A DNA stretch of 64,000 nucleotides, from the NCBI RefSeq assembly GCF_020745735.1, contig NC_083434.1, positions 40,607,966-40,671,965 on the forward strand, written 5' to 3'. Shown here piece by piece: positions 62,813 through 64,000 of this stretch. The translations under genes and the position numbers were made by a program. Source of the DNA: Hemiscyllium ocellatum. Its lineage: Eukaryota. The notes beneath the pieces are model-generated. The model had not been told where the DNA came from, searched no databases, and saw only the letters and a list, made by a program, of their open reading frames with translations. Position 1 is the stretch's first letter. Each line of letters begins with the position of its first letter.

Positions 62813-64000
62813 GTAAGGAAATTTATACAAATCGATTACAGATAGCTGTGTGACTGAGGCTTATTGAATGCCAAGTTAATGTTATCATCTCAACCAAAGA
62901 AATGGAAAATGCCTTGTTTGCTCTTGACTCCTTTACATTCCAGGAAATAGCAGTTTGGCTGGTGGATTTGTGATTGTAATTCATATTTAATATCCTGCAA
63001 ATACTATGAGATAATTCAGATCAATATGTTTGTAGCCTCAGTGTGAATTTGTCTAAAAGGTACAGTAATTGTTGTGCAGTCAGGTCTCTCCGAATAGCAT
63101 AATGCTCACCTTCAGTTGTTGCTTTGGCACCACATTTTACATTACGTTCAAATTATTCCAAACCTAATATTTTGCAATCATGGAAATAATTATTAGAAAG
63201 TAGGTTATTTTTATTCTGGATGTAATTGATTATAGATCTCTTTAGCTTTGCCTGCTCTGGTTAAAATTACAAAAACTATCCAACAACTTTAATACGATGA
63301 GTATCCATCAATAATCCAGACTAGGAAAATAGTTTGCACATAAAAAATCTAGGCAGAAAGATGATTGATGAAATGTAATACAAAGAAATGGCAGAAAGGA
63401 TGAAGTAGGGCATGGAGTGTAATTACGTGCCATGGACTGCAGCAGCTCACCACCATTTTTCCAAGGGCATTGACAGATGGGTACCAAATGTTGATCTGGT
63501 CAACGATGCCCACATCCAGTGCAAGAGAAAAATAGACCTATTTTTCACTTAGTGGTCTTTAGTAGTGAGGGTTTAATTTAGAAATAAGCTTATTGGATCC
63601 TTGATTTCTAATTAAACAGACAGTTAATGCTAGACTTGTACACAGTTTTGCTTGGCTTATCTTAGAAAAATGATCAAGGCTGTGGAGAGATTGCACAAGT
63701 GTTACTGTTTTGGGGGAGGAGTTTTATTTGACAGGATAGGCTAGAGAAGCTAATGCTGTTTCAAAGGAAAAGAGTAAGCAAAGATTTGATGGAAGTGTTC
63801 AAAGACAAAATGGAACAGAATGTTATCACTTGTCCAAGTCGTTCAATCAAAAGTGTAGTCATAAAGTTATCACCAAAAGTGGAGAGCCAGTGAGCATTTA
63901 GTTTCACCCAGAGATAAGACACGAGAGGTGAAATCAGAATTTGTAAAGTGGAGAATACTCCGAATTTAAATAGGTTTGGAAGTGTGGAACACTGTGCTGA

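Overview
Vertebrate genomic DNA, almost certainly a shark/elasmobranch (inferred from HE1/V-SINEs, HER1-type CR1 LINEs and a Deu-domain SINE). Three protein-coding genes are supported. NEK11 (minus strand) shows only its first coding exon; about 1-33.4 kb appears to be intron. ASTE1 (plus strand) shows three coding exons, and its last exon lies beyond the window. An intact, intronless, CpG-island-embedded HSCB lies between the apparent NEK11/ASTE1 bidirectional promoter (~37.2-37.7 kb) and the first ASTE1 coding exon, so it looks like a functional retrogene nested in the ASTE1 5' intron. The rest is dominated by mobile elements: a full-length decayed L1 carrying two nested Penelope insertions, many CR1 fragments, several SINE families, a Tigger-like MITE and two tRNA pseudogenes. 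The most striking non-coding signal is a set of Penelope-like (PLE) pseudo-LTR insertions from at least four sequence families. They carry minimal hammerhead-ribozyme motifs (CUGANGA-N-stem II-GAAA-CG-UH). Many are palindromic with 13-15 bp target-site duplications, and several show private mutations shared by both arms. Repeat boundaries are approximate unless a TSD is quoted. No database searches were run.
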